A DNA stretch of 64,000 nucleotides from Patescibacteria group bacterium UBA924 (lineage in GTDB: Bacteria > Patescibacteriota > Microgenomatia > UBA1400 > PJMF01), in NCBI GenBank assembly GCA_002293725.1, contig DBDU01000019.1, forward strand, positions 11,792-75,791, written 5' to 3'. The translations under genes and the position numbers were made by a program. Positions 55,125 to 64,000 of the stretch are shown here, piece by piece (within the stretch, counting starts at the first letter, position 1; each line of letters starts with the position of its first letter). Under the pieces are notes generated by a model. That model made no database searches and was not told where the DNA came from. It worked only from the letters and a program-made list of their open reading frames with translations.

Positions 55125-56160
55125 TCTCTTTCAGCAATGTTTTCACCCGATGATGATATGTGTGCTCATGCCGCACTCGTGCTTGACCTTTTTTAATAAT
55201 TTTTTCTCGTTCTTTAGGGTGCCGTACATAGTACTCTATTTTTTCAAACCAGTTTTGAGTATCACTAGCAACAACGATCTCTTCGCCAACGTTGAAGTAC
55301 CTTGCTAAACAGGCGACGTCATCGACAACTTCGAACCCCCCAGCTAAGGGAATCTTAAAGCTACGCTCGTTACAGTCTCCGCCATAGAATCGTTGATAGT
55401 CTTCATGAATGTTTACTGAGATGAGAGAGGAAGTGTAAATACTTGACTCGTCTGTCAGCTGCAACTTCGGTTTTTGTAACGAACGCAAGAAGGGTAAATT
55501 GAAGTACTGACCAACTCGTTGAACCCAGCCTAGGGCTTTGCTAGTAGCAGTCCAATCTTGACCATATAAGCGAACGTCATACATCTCCTGAAGCGGAAAA
55601 AGAAGCTCATCAAAGTAAGCTTTCTTTTGCGGCAAGTTAGTTCCTACATACGAAATTTGTGTGGCAAACTGTTTGTCGAAGCGAGGTTGAATAACGGTGG
55701 CATCAGCAGCTAGTGGCAAAGTAAAAAAGGTTGCTCCAGTTGTTTCCTGAAAACCACTCATTCGTGGATCGTCTTGTTCGACGACATGATAGAAAAAATC
55801 TCCTAGCAGGTCGTCTTGTAAAAGATCAAGTAAAACGCGATCGTTCTTCATGCTAGAAGCTTCATTAATACGAAACTTTGCCATCGGTGAGTTCCAAAAG
55901 TCAATCTTTGTGACCAAAGTCATCCCTTTGGCTCGGTATTTTTTAAGCAACTGGAAGTCCAAAAACTTACGATAATAAAAATGTGAAGAGGTTAAAAAAA
56001 TATCTGGTTGATGCTGATCTAGGAATGTTTCTAATTTATCGCCAGCGGTGAAAGGTAAAAAGACATGACCCAACTCAGTGAAGGCATGTTTAAAGCCATT
56101 ATAAACAGTTCGCTGGGCGTAGATGGTATCTAGACTAGGTTGATGATAGGCAACTTTCAT
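55078..56160 (-). CDS. CgeB-family (DUF3880 plus GT1-like) glycosyltransferase-like protein
   Basis: 360 aa. The C-terminal part (SLISVNIHEDYQRFYGGDCNERSFKIPLAGGFEVVDD) resembles the CgeB spore-maturation glycosyltransferase family. Confidence 0.5.
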   Translation of the reverse strand: MKVAYHQPSLDTIYAQRTVYNGFKHAFTELGHVFLPFTAGDKLETFLDQHQPDIFLTSSHFYYRKFLDFQLLKKYRAKGMTLVTKIDFWNSPMAKFRINEASSMKNDRVLLDLLQDDLLGDFFYHVVEQDDPRMSGFQETTGATFFTLPLAADATVIQPRFDKQFATQISYVGTNLPQKKAYFDELLFPLQEMYDVRLYGQDWTATSKALGWVQRVGQYFNLPFLRSLQKPKLQLTDESSIYTSSLISVNIHEDYQRFYGGDCNERSFKIPLAGGFEVVDDVACLARYFNVGEEIVVASDTQNWFEKIEYYVRHPKEREKIIKKGQARVRHEHTYHHRVKTLLKEIGKDNKDENKAKKNS

Positions 56161-56163
56161 AGA

Positions 56164-56982
56164 TTACTTGGAGTTCCTCATCAGATTAAAAAGCTGCAGT
56201 CGCATTTTGGGTGGAATCAAGTAGAGCGTCAGTAGCTGCGCGAGATTGAAAAAAATATCACTTAGACTGACTGTATAGGCAGGGTGAGTATGGTACTTCC
56301 ATCGGGTTTTAAGCGTGATAATTTCCTGATGACGAGAAACACGGTGAGTTGCAGACTTGGGGTGAATTCGGTAACGTAGGACTACGTACTGCAAATTAGC
56401 AAACTGCCACTTTTGACCAATTCTAAAGCTCATATCTAAGTCTTCCACTGGCGAGAGTGTTTCGCCATAGGAACCAGCTTCTTTTAAACACTCCCGTCTA
56501 ATCATTGCTGCCGGTTGGGCAACCGGTGAGTATTTGAAGATTGTTCGGCGTAAAGCAGTGTCATCGGCTTGATACTTGCGGTAGCTAAGCGTTTCTTCAT
56601 CAGAGAAAAATTCAAGATAGCCACCCACGATTCCTACTTTGGGGTGTGAATCAAGATAACTTTTTTGATCTGCTAAGCGAGTAGCAACCGATAAATCGTC
56701 GGCATCTTGCCAAGCAATATACTTCCCTTTAGCAGCCTGCACTAATATGTTTCGTGAGGCTGCAATATTAAGATTTTGTTGATTCGATAAAATGCGGATT
56801 CTCTTTTCTTTTTTGGCCAACTTCCGCACTATTTCTAAGGTGTTGTCAGTACTGGCGTCATCTAAACAGATAATCTCGAAGTCTTGAAAAGACTGTTGAA
56901 GAATACTTTCTATTGAAGCCTCAATGTATTGAGCAGCGTTATATGCCGGCATCAGAACCGAGATGGTGGGCGAATTATGCAT
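56164..56982 (-). CDS. Glycosyltransferase family 2
   Basis: ISVLMPAYNAAQYIEASIESILQQSFQDFEIICLDDASTDNT, 272 aa. Confidence 0.85.
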   Translation of the reverse strand: MHNSPTISVLMPAYNAAQYIEASIESILQQSFQDFEIICLDDASTDNTLEIVRKLAKKEKRIRILSNQQNLNIAASRNILVQAAKGKYIAWQDADDLSVATRLADQKSYLDSHPKVGIVGGYLEFFSDEETLSYRKYQADDTALRRTIFKYSPVAQPAAMIRRECLKEAGSYGETLSPVEDLDMSFRIGQKWQFANLQYVVLRYRIHPKSATHRVSRHQEIITLKTRWKYHTHPAYTVSLSDIFFNLAQLLTLYLIPPKMRLQLFNLMRNSK

Positions 56983-56984
56983 AA

Positions 56985-57806
56985 CTATGGTTTATTGACG
57001 AACATTTTTAAGACGTGGTCAAAGAGGCGTTCTTGTTGATAGTCGTCATCATAAAATTTTTTAATTCGTAAGCGATAGTAAACTGCTAAGGTGTCTTGCA
57101 ACATGTTAAGGATGCCATTCTCACCCCATAACTTGATAGTGGTATTACTCCAATCTAAGTTAACCTTCACAGGAGCGTCGTAGATTCGTTGATATCCTAA
57201 ATGGTGGGCTACAGCTAAGATCTCAATGTCGAAGGCAAACTTTTTGACAATTAAACGAGGTAAAACTTTAGCTAATACTTGTCTTTTGTATGCTTTCAGG
57301 CCCGTCTGAGTATCTCTGACCTGTAAGCCGAAAAGAGTTTTAACTAATAAGTAATATCCATAGGTCAAAATTTTTCTTTGAATAGGATACTCAACGATAG
57401 AAGCAGGATGGAGCTTACTACCGATAATAATGTCGGCGTTATACCACCGCATATGCTCTAGGAGCATCGTGATCCCAAGTGGGTCGATGTCCATTCCACC
57501 ATCGATGAACGTTACAATGTCCCCTTTTGCTTCTTTCATTCCGTAGCGAACAGCGTAACCCTTTCCCCTATTCTCTTCATAGCCAATAGCTTTCAACCTT
57601 TTATCTTTGATCTTTTTCACTTCTTGAAGTGAGTTATCTTGTTTACTGCCGTCCACTACAGCAAGTACCTCGAACTCGTATGGCGTAGCGGCGAGCGTTT
57701 GAAGAATATTCTGTAAATCTTTATGAATTGTTTTTTCTTGTTTAAAGATGGGAACGATTACAGACAAAAAAGGCGGTTCATATTGCGTAGTCTGTGCGAG
57801 TTTCAT
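56985..57806 (-). CDS. GT2 polyprenyl-phosphate glycosyltransferase (DPM1/ArnC/GtrB-like, soluble form)
   Basis: LSVIVPIFKQEKTI...VVDGSKQD...RGKGYAVRYGMKEAKGDIVTFIDGGMDIDP pattern of polyprenyl-phosphate-sugar synthases, 273 aa. Confidence 0.65.
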   Translation of the reverse strand: MKLAQTTQYEPPFLSVIVPIFKQEKTIHKDLQNILQTLAATPYEFEVLAVVDGSKQDNSLQEVKKIKDKRLKAIGYEENRGKGYAVRYGMKEAKGDIVTFIDGGMDIDPLGITMLLEHMRWYNADIIIGSKLHPASIVEYPIQRKILTYGYYLLVKTLFGLQVRDTQTGLKAYKRQVLAKVLPRLIVKKFAFDIEILAVAHHLGYQRIYDAPVKVNLDWSNTTIKLWGENGILNMLQDTLAVYYRLRIKKFYDDDYQQERLFDHVLKMFVNKP

Positions 57807-59089
57807 GATTCTTTTTTCTCAACAATCTGAAGGGCATATCGAACATACCAAACTGTGAATGCCATGTGAAGAGCAGTTGCAGCTACCCGACTCAGTGCGG
57901 CGGCCATCAGACCGTAACTGGCAAGGAAAAGCAGATTTCCCAAACAGATGACGACGACCTGCAAGATGCCTCCTATCGAAAAGTAGTTAGGATGATCAAC
58001 GGCATAAAAGAAAGAGATCAACGGTACGATTGCTAAAGAAAGGAAGGCATTAAAAACGAGAATGATCATCGGAATTAACCCAGAAGAAAACTCTGGTCCT
58101 AAAGTGAAGAGAAGTACATACTGAGCAAACGGCAGGAAACACAGAAAACCAGTCGCTGCCATTAAGACAATGAGCAACGACTTACGAAGATAAGAGTGAA
58201 GTAGCTGAGAGGTTTGATAACGTGCCACTCGATTATTGAGAACGCCGCCCACCGCCGAGCTAACAAAAGTAATAAACAAAGCAATTCGCATTGAGGCAGA
58301 GTAGATACCAGTCTCAAATGTACTTAAGTACTTTTGGACGAAAAGTACATCGATGTTGGCAATTAACGTAGCAGCAATCATTCCTACGGCTGCGTGACCC
58401 ACGTGCTTCTTTACTTCTGCTCGAAGCGTTTGGGAACCGCTATGAGGAAGTATAAAAAACCACTGCCCAAAGAAAGTAGCAACAATGAGTGCGGCTACCA
58501 ACGGGGCCGCATAGTAAAAGACAGAGATAGACGTAGCGGTGGCATAGCCGGTAATACCAAGCAGCACAAAAGTAACGACTTTCATTGCAGCTTGGAGGAC
58601 ATTCAGAACTCCAACCCACTGAAACTTGTGCATAGCTGAAAGCACCAAGAAAACGTATTCGTAAATTATCAAGCCAATACTTCCAATTAAGGCTAAAAAT
58701 AAAAGTGTGGGATAGGGATAGTTAAGAAGATCTTGGGCAAATGGAATAGTCAGGCCGATGAGAGAAATTCCCACAATCGTTAATAGCAACTTCCACTGCG
58801 AGATTTGGGCGAGAAACTCTTTTTGTTTTTGAGGATCGTCGTGTAATCGAGGGAGTTGCCGGGTAATAATCGTCGCCAGTCCCATATCGCCCACTTTTGA
58901 GACGATCATCATGATGGCAGTTCCTACCGAGAAGATTCCGAACTGAACAGGACCTAGAACTCGAGAAACATAGATGAGCGCAATTGCCGATAGAACGGCG
59001 GTAGTTGTGGAGCCGATCGTTAAGAGTGCCGACTGTCGAACTGCCTGTGAGCTGAGAAGAAGCGTGTATGCACGACGCAGTTGAGTCAT
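57803..59089 (-). CDS. wzx: Wzx-type polysaccharide flippase (MOP superfamily)
   Basis: 428 aa, about 12 transmembrane helices, N-terminal LLTIGSTTTAVLSAIALIYVSRVLGPVQFGIF is typical of Wzx/polysaccharide biosynthesis proteins. Confidence 0.75.
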   Translation of the reverse strand: MTQLRRAYTLLLSSQAVRQSALLTIGSTTTAVLSAIALIYVSRVLGPVQFGIFSVGTAIMMIVSKVGDMGLATIITRQLPRLHDDPQKQKEFLAQISQWKLLLTIVGISLIGLTIPFAQDLLNYPYPTLLFLALIGSIGLIIYEYVFLVLSAMHKFQWVGVLNVLQAAMKVVTFVLLGITGYATATSISVFYYAAPLVAALIVATFFGQWFFILPHSGSQTLRAEVKKHVGHAAVGMIAATLIANIDVLFVQKYLSTFETGIYSASMRIALFITFVSSAVGGVLNNRVARYQTSQLLHSYLRKSLLIVLMAATGFLCFLPFAQYVLLFTLGPEFSSGLIPMIILVFNAFLSLAIVPLISFFYAVDHPNYFSIGGILQVVVICLGNLLFLASYGLMAAALSRVAATALHMAFTVWYVRYALQIVEKKES

Positions 59090-59093
59090 AGGA

Positions 59094-60002
59094 TTATGAC
59101 AGTGATCTAAAGTACTCCACTGTCTTTTGCAAGCCTTCTTGAATCGCCACTTTGGCTTTCCAACCTAAAAGCTCAGTTGCTTTAGAAGAGTCAGCAACTA
59201 AGACAAGTGGGTCACCTGGCCGATTCGGAAAGTTATGAATATTTGCTTTCTTTCCTAAAAGCTCTTCGAGCATAGTGATAACTTCGCGAACCATGGTTGG
59301 CCGGTTGGTAGATAAGTTAAAGTAGTGGTACTTTTCAGGTTGATTCTGACAAAGTGCTATTGCTTGCAAGTGAGCATCCACCACATCAGTGATGTAAATA
59401 AAGTCGCGTTGGTGTTCACCACTCCCCCAGACAGTTACTTCTTGCCCTGTCTCAATCTGGTGGATAAAACGAGGAATTGCATGAGACTCTGGTTCGTGGT
59501 GTTCTTCAGGTCCGTATAAATTGAAGTAACGTAAGCCAACACCTGTCATTTGATATGAAGCAACATATGAGCTTACTAAAGCCTCCATAGCAAGCTTGGT
59601 CATACCGTATGGATTAATCGGTAGAGTTCGATCATCTTCTTTAATCGGAGTGTGCAATGGTTCACCATACACGGCTGCACTTGAAGAGAATATAAAGTTC
59701 TTTACCCCATTCTGTCTCATTGCTTCCAGGACTGAAACAGTACCGGAAATATTAACGTCGACAAACCGTTGGGGAAACTTGACGGACTCACCAGCTTCAA
59801 TCAGTGCCGCTAAGTGAAACACCGTATCAGCATCTGTAATTACTTCAAGCATTTTTTGGCTGTCACAGATATCAGCGATAACTGTTTCTACGTCGGGATT
59901 GGGTTTGAGGTCGACATTTTTAACGCTGTGACCCTCGGCGATCAATGCTTTACATAGGTGATGGCCTAAGAATCCAGACCCACCAGTAACAATTACTTTT
60001 GC
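59094..60002 (-). CDS. NAD-dependent nucleotide-sugar epimerase/dehydratase (GalE/UDP-sugar 4-epimerase-like SDR)
   Basis: MAKVIVTGGSGFLGHHL Rossmann motif, catalytic YxxxK (YGMTKLAMEAL). Start likely at 60002. Confidence 0.8.
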   Translation of the reverse strand, partial: AKVIVTGGSGFLGHHLCKALIAEGHSVKNVDLKPNPDVETVIADICDSQKMLEVITDADTVFHLAALIEAGESVKFPQRFVDVNISGTVSVLEAMRQNGVKNFIFSSSAAVYGEPLHTPIKEDDRTLPINPYGMTKLAMEALVSSYVASYQMTGVGLRYFNLYGPEEHHEPESHAIPRFIHQIETGQEVTVWGSGEHQRDFIYITDVVDAHLQAIALCQNQPEKYHYFNLSTNRPTMVREVITMLEELLGKKANIHNFPNRPGDPLVLVADSSKATELLGWKAKVAIQEGLQKTVEYFRSLS

Positions 60003-60013
60003 CATGCTCACTC

Positions 60014-61270
60014 CTAACTTAACCAATAGCCTTGGACAAATAAGACTGTATTGATTGCTAGACTAATTACAAATACTCCATTTACTACCCAGAACAGCCT
60101 TGGCCTTGATTCCAGGTAACTCATAAGCAGCAAGTATAGCGGAAAACAGACTAAGATGTAGCGAGGCATACTTGAGAACGTTCCAGTAACAGTTGGCATT
60201 AAGAAAGCACCTAAAGCAAAAAGAACATACGAAAGTCGCACTCTCCAAAGTGAGAAAAACAAGGCTATTGCGCCTCCAATTCCAGTTAGGAACTCCAGAA
60301 AGTACGTGTAGTACCCCCAACTTTGTGGTGGTACAGTCAGTAAAATCCGTAAAGACCGCCAGGCAACTTGCGGATACAAAACGATACTTTCCTGTCTTCC
60401 GGCCCCAAACTCACTTTGGACATGAAGGAAGTACAGTGGATCACCAAAGGTGTTCGCTAAGTATGCTGTATAAGCGAGTAAGCCTACTCCCCCTAGCAAG
60501 ATCAACAAGATCTCTCGCCAGCAGCTATCAGCAAAGCTTCTGAGCTGAGAAAAACGCAACTGTTTTGTTGCTGATTTAGGATGAGTGTTTCGCCATTGGA
60601 GCCACAGCTCAACCAGTAGCGCTGGTAAGAGGAAAATGCCAACCACTCGTGTAGCTGTAGCAATAATCGTTAAGCCAGCTGCAAGCGCCCACTGTTGTCT
60701 TCGGGCGGTATAAAAGGCAGCGATAATAGTGAAGAAAAAGAGTGACTCGGTATATAACGCACCAAAGAAAAATGATGTAGGAAAGATGAGTAATAAAGTA
60801 AGTCCAACCCAGGCACGGCGAACGCCATACTCAGATTTAAGAAAAGCGAACCACAACAGAAATGAGGCCAAAGCAGCTATATTGCTTACCAATAACCCTA
60901 CCAGTAAGGTATTCATTTCGCCGCCGCTGAGGATAAAAAGAGTTCTCAGGATGACAAACGGGAAGAACGGGAAAAATGCCTGAATTAAACCTGTACCGAT
61001 ATAACCTTTTTCGGCAATTGTTAGATAGTGTACGCCGTCAAAGTTGGCCCAACTGAAAAGCCACTGTGGCAAGTTATATCTTGGTAAGATGGCATCGGCA
61101 TAGGGGAAACTTGGATCGTAGAGAATCAAGTGCCCAGCAAGTGCTCCCAATAAAAAAAGCCCAACGCGCCAGCCTAAAAAAGCAACCACAATTTTTATAA
61201 CTTCTTGATTAGTCAGACCGAAAATGCTTTTTTTTATACTAGCTGTCATGTTTCTCTCGTCTCTGTGCAA
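60014..61270 (-). CDS. GT-C fold membrane (manno)syltransferase-like protein (PIG-V/DUF2029-like)
   Basis: 418 aa, about 10 transmembrane helices, loop motif WANFDGVHYLTIAEKGY. Start may be the Met at 61249. Confidence 0.5.
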   Translation of the reverse strand: MHRDERNMTASIKKSIFGLTNQEVIKIVVAFLGWRVGLFLLGALAGHLILYDPSFPYADAILPRYNLPQWLFSWANFDGVHYLTIAEKGYIGTGLIQAFFPFFPFVILRTLFILSGGEMNTLLVGLLVSNIAALASFLLWFAFLKSEYGVRRAWVGLTLLLIFPTSFFFGALYTESLFFFTIIAAFYTARRQQWALAAGLTIIATATRVVGIFLLPALLVELWLQWRNTHPKSATKQLRFSQLRSFADSCWREILLILLGGVGLLAYTAYLANTFGDPLYFLHVQSEFGAGRQESIVLYPQVAWRSLRILLTVPPQSWGYYTYFLEFLTGIGGAIALFFSLWRVRLSYVLFALGAFLMPTVTGTFSSMPRYILVCFPLYLLLMSYLESRPRLFWVVNGVFVISLAINTVLFVQGYWLS

Positions 61271-62972
61271 AGAAAAGCGACGCTACAGTACAGAGTGCAG
61301 TGGCAAAGGTAAGGAAGGAAAGGGCATTTCCTAATACTCTTGGCCAAGTCCATTGAGTGAACTGACTATGAACGGTAAAAGTTCCTGGTTCGAGACGGTA
61401 GGCAATCCTCCCTCCGATGAGTTGGTCATCTTCGTATGAGACTGGTTGAGAGGTACTATTACTTTCGATAGTTGTTTGCCAACCAGGAAAGTTCATGGTT
61501 GGCTCTGCAATCAAAGCTGGGCTGCTGACAATGGCTTGATAAGAGCGTCGACTTCCATTCCAACTAAGGACATTTATTTCAGCCTGACCGCTGAGTACTG
61601 TTGGTACTGGTTGCCAGTCTCCTAGTTCGCTAAACGTAAAGTTTCGTGCAAGGTTTTCATTACTTGTGGTGGTACTTTGCTCAAAAAGGTCATAGTGAAG
61701 TGACGGTTTATTAATGTACCCAACGGGAGCAAGCCGAAGCAGGATGACAGTCTGAATGACCACCAGTAAGACTAAGAGGTACTTTTGCCAGGCAATGTTT
61801 CTTTGAAAGACATATCCAACTAAGAAAGTATTAGCAATTAAAGCCAGTAGGCCCAGTCGCCAAGGGAATTGAATAAATCGGACAAGTGGTGTGGTTTGCC
61901 AGAGTGAGTGAGTTACTGTAGTTTGCAGCAAAGTAAGCAGGATAGTTGCTATAAAGAAAATCAAGAAAGTGCTTTGATCTTTGGTGTGGCGATGCTTCTT
62001 GCCTAGCCTGTCGGCGATAACAAGACCAATACTACAGCCGATTGCTCCAAGCTGAGTCAGACCGAGTGCAAAAGAGAGTGAGTCGACAGAGCCAACATAC
62101 GAGTAGCCAAACTGGATAGAGCTACTTACTAGCTGTCTAAAAGTGGGAAAGTGTTGAGCATACTGTTGTGCTAGTGCGCTCCCGCCTACCACAATACTTG
62201 ATTGCTCAGCTAATGCCGGAATCCAGAACCAAACGGAGAGTCCTAAACCGAAGAGTAAAGCAGTGATTGTTCTGAGTAAGCCGTCTTGTGTGCTTCGCTG
62301 TCGCCAGAGACTCCACCCCAGAATGAGTGGAGTGGCAAAGAGAACGGTGACGTTGTGTGAAAGGAAGAATGCTCCCAAAATACTGCCACCCAAAACACTT
62401 TCCAGTGAGAAAATGCGAGAAAGTAAGGACCGTTGTTCGATAACTGCTTTGCGGTCTGAACTGTACTCAACCCACAACAGCCAACAAAGAATCAGAGATA
62501 GGGCCATTACTTCACCCACGTTCCCTCTGAAAATAATCGACTGAAAAAGATATGGTGAAGCAGCAAAACTCGTACTTGCTACGACTCTCCCCCAAAACGG
62601 AACTCCCAACTTAGTTAACCATAACCAGGTAGCGTAAATCGCGACGAAAACAGAGCTAAACATAATTATTTTAAAGGTAAAGTGGTAGGGTATCTTTGCT
62701 ACAGAAAATGGCAACGAAACCAAGTTTGCGAGTGGATAGTTATAGTTAAAAACGGGATAGCCCAAACGATGATAGAGGTTTGGAGCGAAACGAGGGGGAA
62801 ACTGCCCCTCCCTGATTGCTATCTTATAGTTGGCAAAACGAGCCAGGTGATTTTCCCCGTCGTGTGTATCTGGTACTCCAGGATGAAAGTATGCTTTGCA
62901 CGAAATAAACGTCAGAACGAGGCAAAAAAACAGTCTACTAAGCTGAACAACTGATAAGCGTGGACGTCTCAT
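61239..62972 (-). CDS. Large polytopic membrane protein, putative GT-C glycosyltransferase with C-terminal transmembrane anchor
   Basis: 577 aa. Acidic first-loop motif PDTHDGENHLARF, about 11 transmembrane helices, an extracytoplasmic domain, and a terminal transmembrane helix (ALSFLTFATALCTVASLFF). Confidence 0.45.
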   Translation of the reverse strand: MRRPRLSVVQLSRLFFCLVLTFISCKAYFHPGVPDTHDGENHLARFANYKIAIREGQFPPRFAPNLYHRLGYPVFNYNYPLANLVSLPFSVAKIPYHFTFKIIMFSSVFVAIYATWLWLTKLGVPFWGRVVASTSFAASPYLFQSIIFRGNVGEVMALSLILCWLLWVEYSSDRKAVIEQRSLLSRIFSLESVLGGSILGAFFLSHNVTVLFATPLILGWSLWRQRSTQDGLLRTITALLFGLGLSVWFWIPALAEQSSIVVGGSALAQQYAQHFPTFRQLVSSSIQFGYSYVGSVDSLSFALGLTQLGAIGCSIGLVIADRLGKKHRHTKDQSTFLIFFIATILLTLLQTTVTHSLWQTTPLVRFIQFPWRLGLLALIANTFLVGYVFQRNIAWQKYLLVLLVVIQTVILLRLAPVGYINKPSLHYDLFEQSTTTSNENLARNFTFSELGDWQPVPTVLSGQAEINVLSWNGSRRSYQAIVSSPALIAEPTMNFPGWQTTIESNSTSQPVSYEDDQLIGGRIAYRLEPGTFTVHSQFTQWTWPRVLGNALSFLTFATALCTVASLFFAQRREKHDS

Positions 62973-64000
62973 GACAAGTTGAGCACTTTTTTATACACAG
63001 CAACTGTTTCTTCGGCTACTTTGGTCCAAGAAAACTGCTGACTCCAAGTATACGCAGCTTTAATCACCTCTTGGCGATGAGTTTTACTCCACTTGAGAAC
63101 GGTGAGAACGGCATCAGCAAATGCCTCGGCTTCGGGCAGTACAAGTTGAGCGTGTTCTCCACCGACTTCAATCAAAGAGGAGTTCTTTGACGCGATGACT
63201 GGAACTTTTGCTTGCATTGCTTCTAGAACTGGTAATCCAAACCCTTCATACAGTGAAGGTTGAATGTACGCGACTGCACCTGAGTAAATAGCGGCTAGCG
63301 AATCGAGGTCATCAACTCCAAGGTTAGTTATAAACTGGACTCGATTAGGAACGTCACTTAACGCCACTTGAGCCTCGATCCAACGCCACTCAGGAATGTC
63401 TTGCTCAGTAAAGTTTTTTCCAACACATACCAGATGAATGTCTTCAGGTAAGTACTTCAGCATTTTCACGAGCTGAGGAATGTTCTTGTTGTAGTTAATA
63501 TCACCCACATACAAGACATATTGTGCCGGAAGACCCAGTTTCTGGCGTACAGTATCTTGCATTTTTTCTGATTGAGCCAAGATTCCAGGTGGGGCGGCTA
63601 AATAAATCGGATGAACCAAGTTAGGTTTTACTTTCAAGTACTTGATAATATCTTGACGTGACGCTTGTGAGTCAGTAATAACTGCCTCTACGCTTTGCAG
63701 CGCAAAAGCCTGTTTATAGAAACGAAGCTTTCCTTTTCGCCCTGGTTTATAGTGTTCTGGAAACTTAAGAGGAATTACGTCGTGTACGGTTACTACTGTT
63801 TTAAACTTCCGAAATAAAGGAAGAGTAGAAAAAAAGAGGTCAAAGAACGGATAGTGAATAAGCGTGGATTTGGCGTCGTACTGTTGAATATTTTTGTGAA
63901 AGTGACGCACATCTTCTCTATTTTCAACTGGCACGACATTTAGATCTTCCCTTTTTTCCAGCTCTTGCTTAAGCAACCGAGTGTAGGTACCAATTCCGCG
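62969..64000 (-). CDS. Glycosyltransferase family 4, N-terminus beyond the window end
   Basis: EGFGLPVLEAMQAKVPVIASKN. The reading frame continues upstream past 63976 (…GIGTYTRLLKQELEK, a GT4 N-terminal motif), so the gene is truncated by the window. Confidence 0.8.
   Translation of the reverse strand, partial: RGIGTYTRLLKQELEKREDLNVVPVENREDVRHFHKNIQQYDAKSTLIHYPFFDLFFSTLPLFRKFKTVVTVHDVIPLKFPEHYKPGRKGKLRFYKQAFALQSVEAVITDSQASRQDIIKYLKVKPNLVHPIYLAAPPGILAQSEKMQDTVRQKLGLPAQYVLYVGDINYNKNIPQLVKMLKYLPEDIHLVCVGKNFTEQDIPEWRWIEAQVALSDVPNRVQFITNLGVDDLDSLAAIYSGAVAYIQPSLYEGFGLPVLEAMQAKVPVIASKNSSLIEVGGEHAQLVLPEAEAFADAVLTVLKWSKTHRQEVIKAAYTWSQQFSWTKVAEETVAVYKKVLNLS

Noticed and set aside
1-64000. Alternative genetic code (UGA as Gly, as in Gracilibacteria/Absconditabacteria)
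   Set aside because: Long ORFs are intact under the standard code. At least one gene junction uses an overlapping ATGA in which TGA acts as the stop, and gene lengths match family norms, so code 11 is adequate.
27164-64000. Glycan locus as a horizontally acquired island
   Set aside because: There are no flanking tRNA, integrase or direct repeats. Codon usage and GC look similar by eye to the dcw operon, and housekeeping ruvCAB is embedded. There is no positive evidence for mobility.

Overview
This 64-kb window is read almost entirely on the minus strand: 59 of 60 genes, tightly packed, with many overlapping stop/start codons. No tRNA or rRNA genes, CRISPR arrays, transposases or integrases were seen. 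Translated under the standard code, the long ORFs are intact and use normal stop codons.

Contents from low to high coordinate:
- 1..1728 (minus): the 5' part of ileS, isoleucyl-tRNA synthetase, with the HIGH motif. A 384-nt leader upstream carries a T-box-like motif and an intrinsic terminator.
- 2113..21713 (minus): a small four-helix membrane protein, then a complete and very compact division/cell-wall (dcw) operon. Its transcription order is mraZ, rsmH, ftsL, ftsI, a murE-like ligase, a yvcK-like gene, murC, murB, murA, mraY, a PP-loop ATPase with a Cys cluster, murD, ftsW, murG, ftsQ, ftsA, ftsZ. The PP-loop gene shares an ATGA stop/start overlap with murD and is a candidate MurL-like UDP-MurNAc-L-Ala-L-Glu epimerase. 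No murF or ddl is present in the operon.
- 21714..21969: an AT-rich operon promoter region carrying 10-bp-phased direct repeats that look like MraZ boxes.
- 21970..27124 (minus): a secreted NHL-repeat beta-propeller protein with a C-terminal FN3-like domain, a membrane-anchored hypothetical protein, a short RecO and a DUF4012-like membrane protein.
- 27164..64000: a roughly 37-kb envelope-glycan biosynthesis locus. It encodes a polyprenyl-phosphate sugar phosphotransferase, mannose-1-phosphate guanylyltransferase and nine GT4 (family 4) glycosyltransferases. It also has five GT2 glycosyltransferases, one of them DPM1/ArnC/GtrB-like, and a CgeB-like enzyme. Seven GT-C-fold membrane glycosyltransferases (ArnT/PMT-like, YfhO-like, PIG-V-like) are present, along with an O-antigen-ligase/Wzy-family protein and a Wzx flippase. 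Two SAM methyltransferases, two hexapeptide acetyltransferases, a GalE-like epimerase and the single plus-strand gene, a UDP-glucuronate decarboxylase (UXS)-like enzyme, complete the locus. A ruvCAB operon sits inside the locus.

The gene content and compaction suggest a small-genome, monoderm-like uncultivated bacterium (Patescibacteria/CPR-like or Chloroflexi/Actinobacteria-like). I cannot assign the lineage from sequence alone.

Most notable items: the MurL-like gene coupled to murD, the GT-C-rich glycosylation locus with Arn-like UDP-pentose logic, and a small Cys-rich membrane protein.
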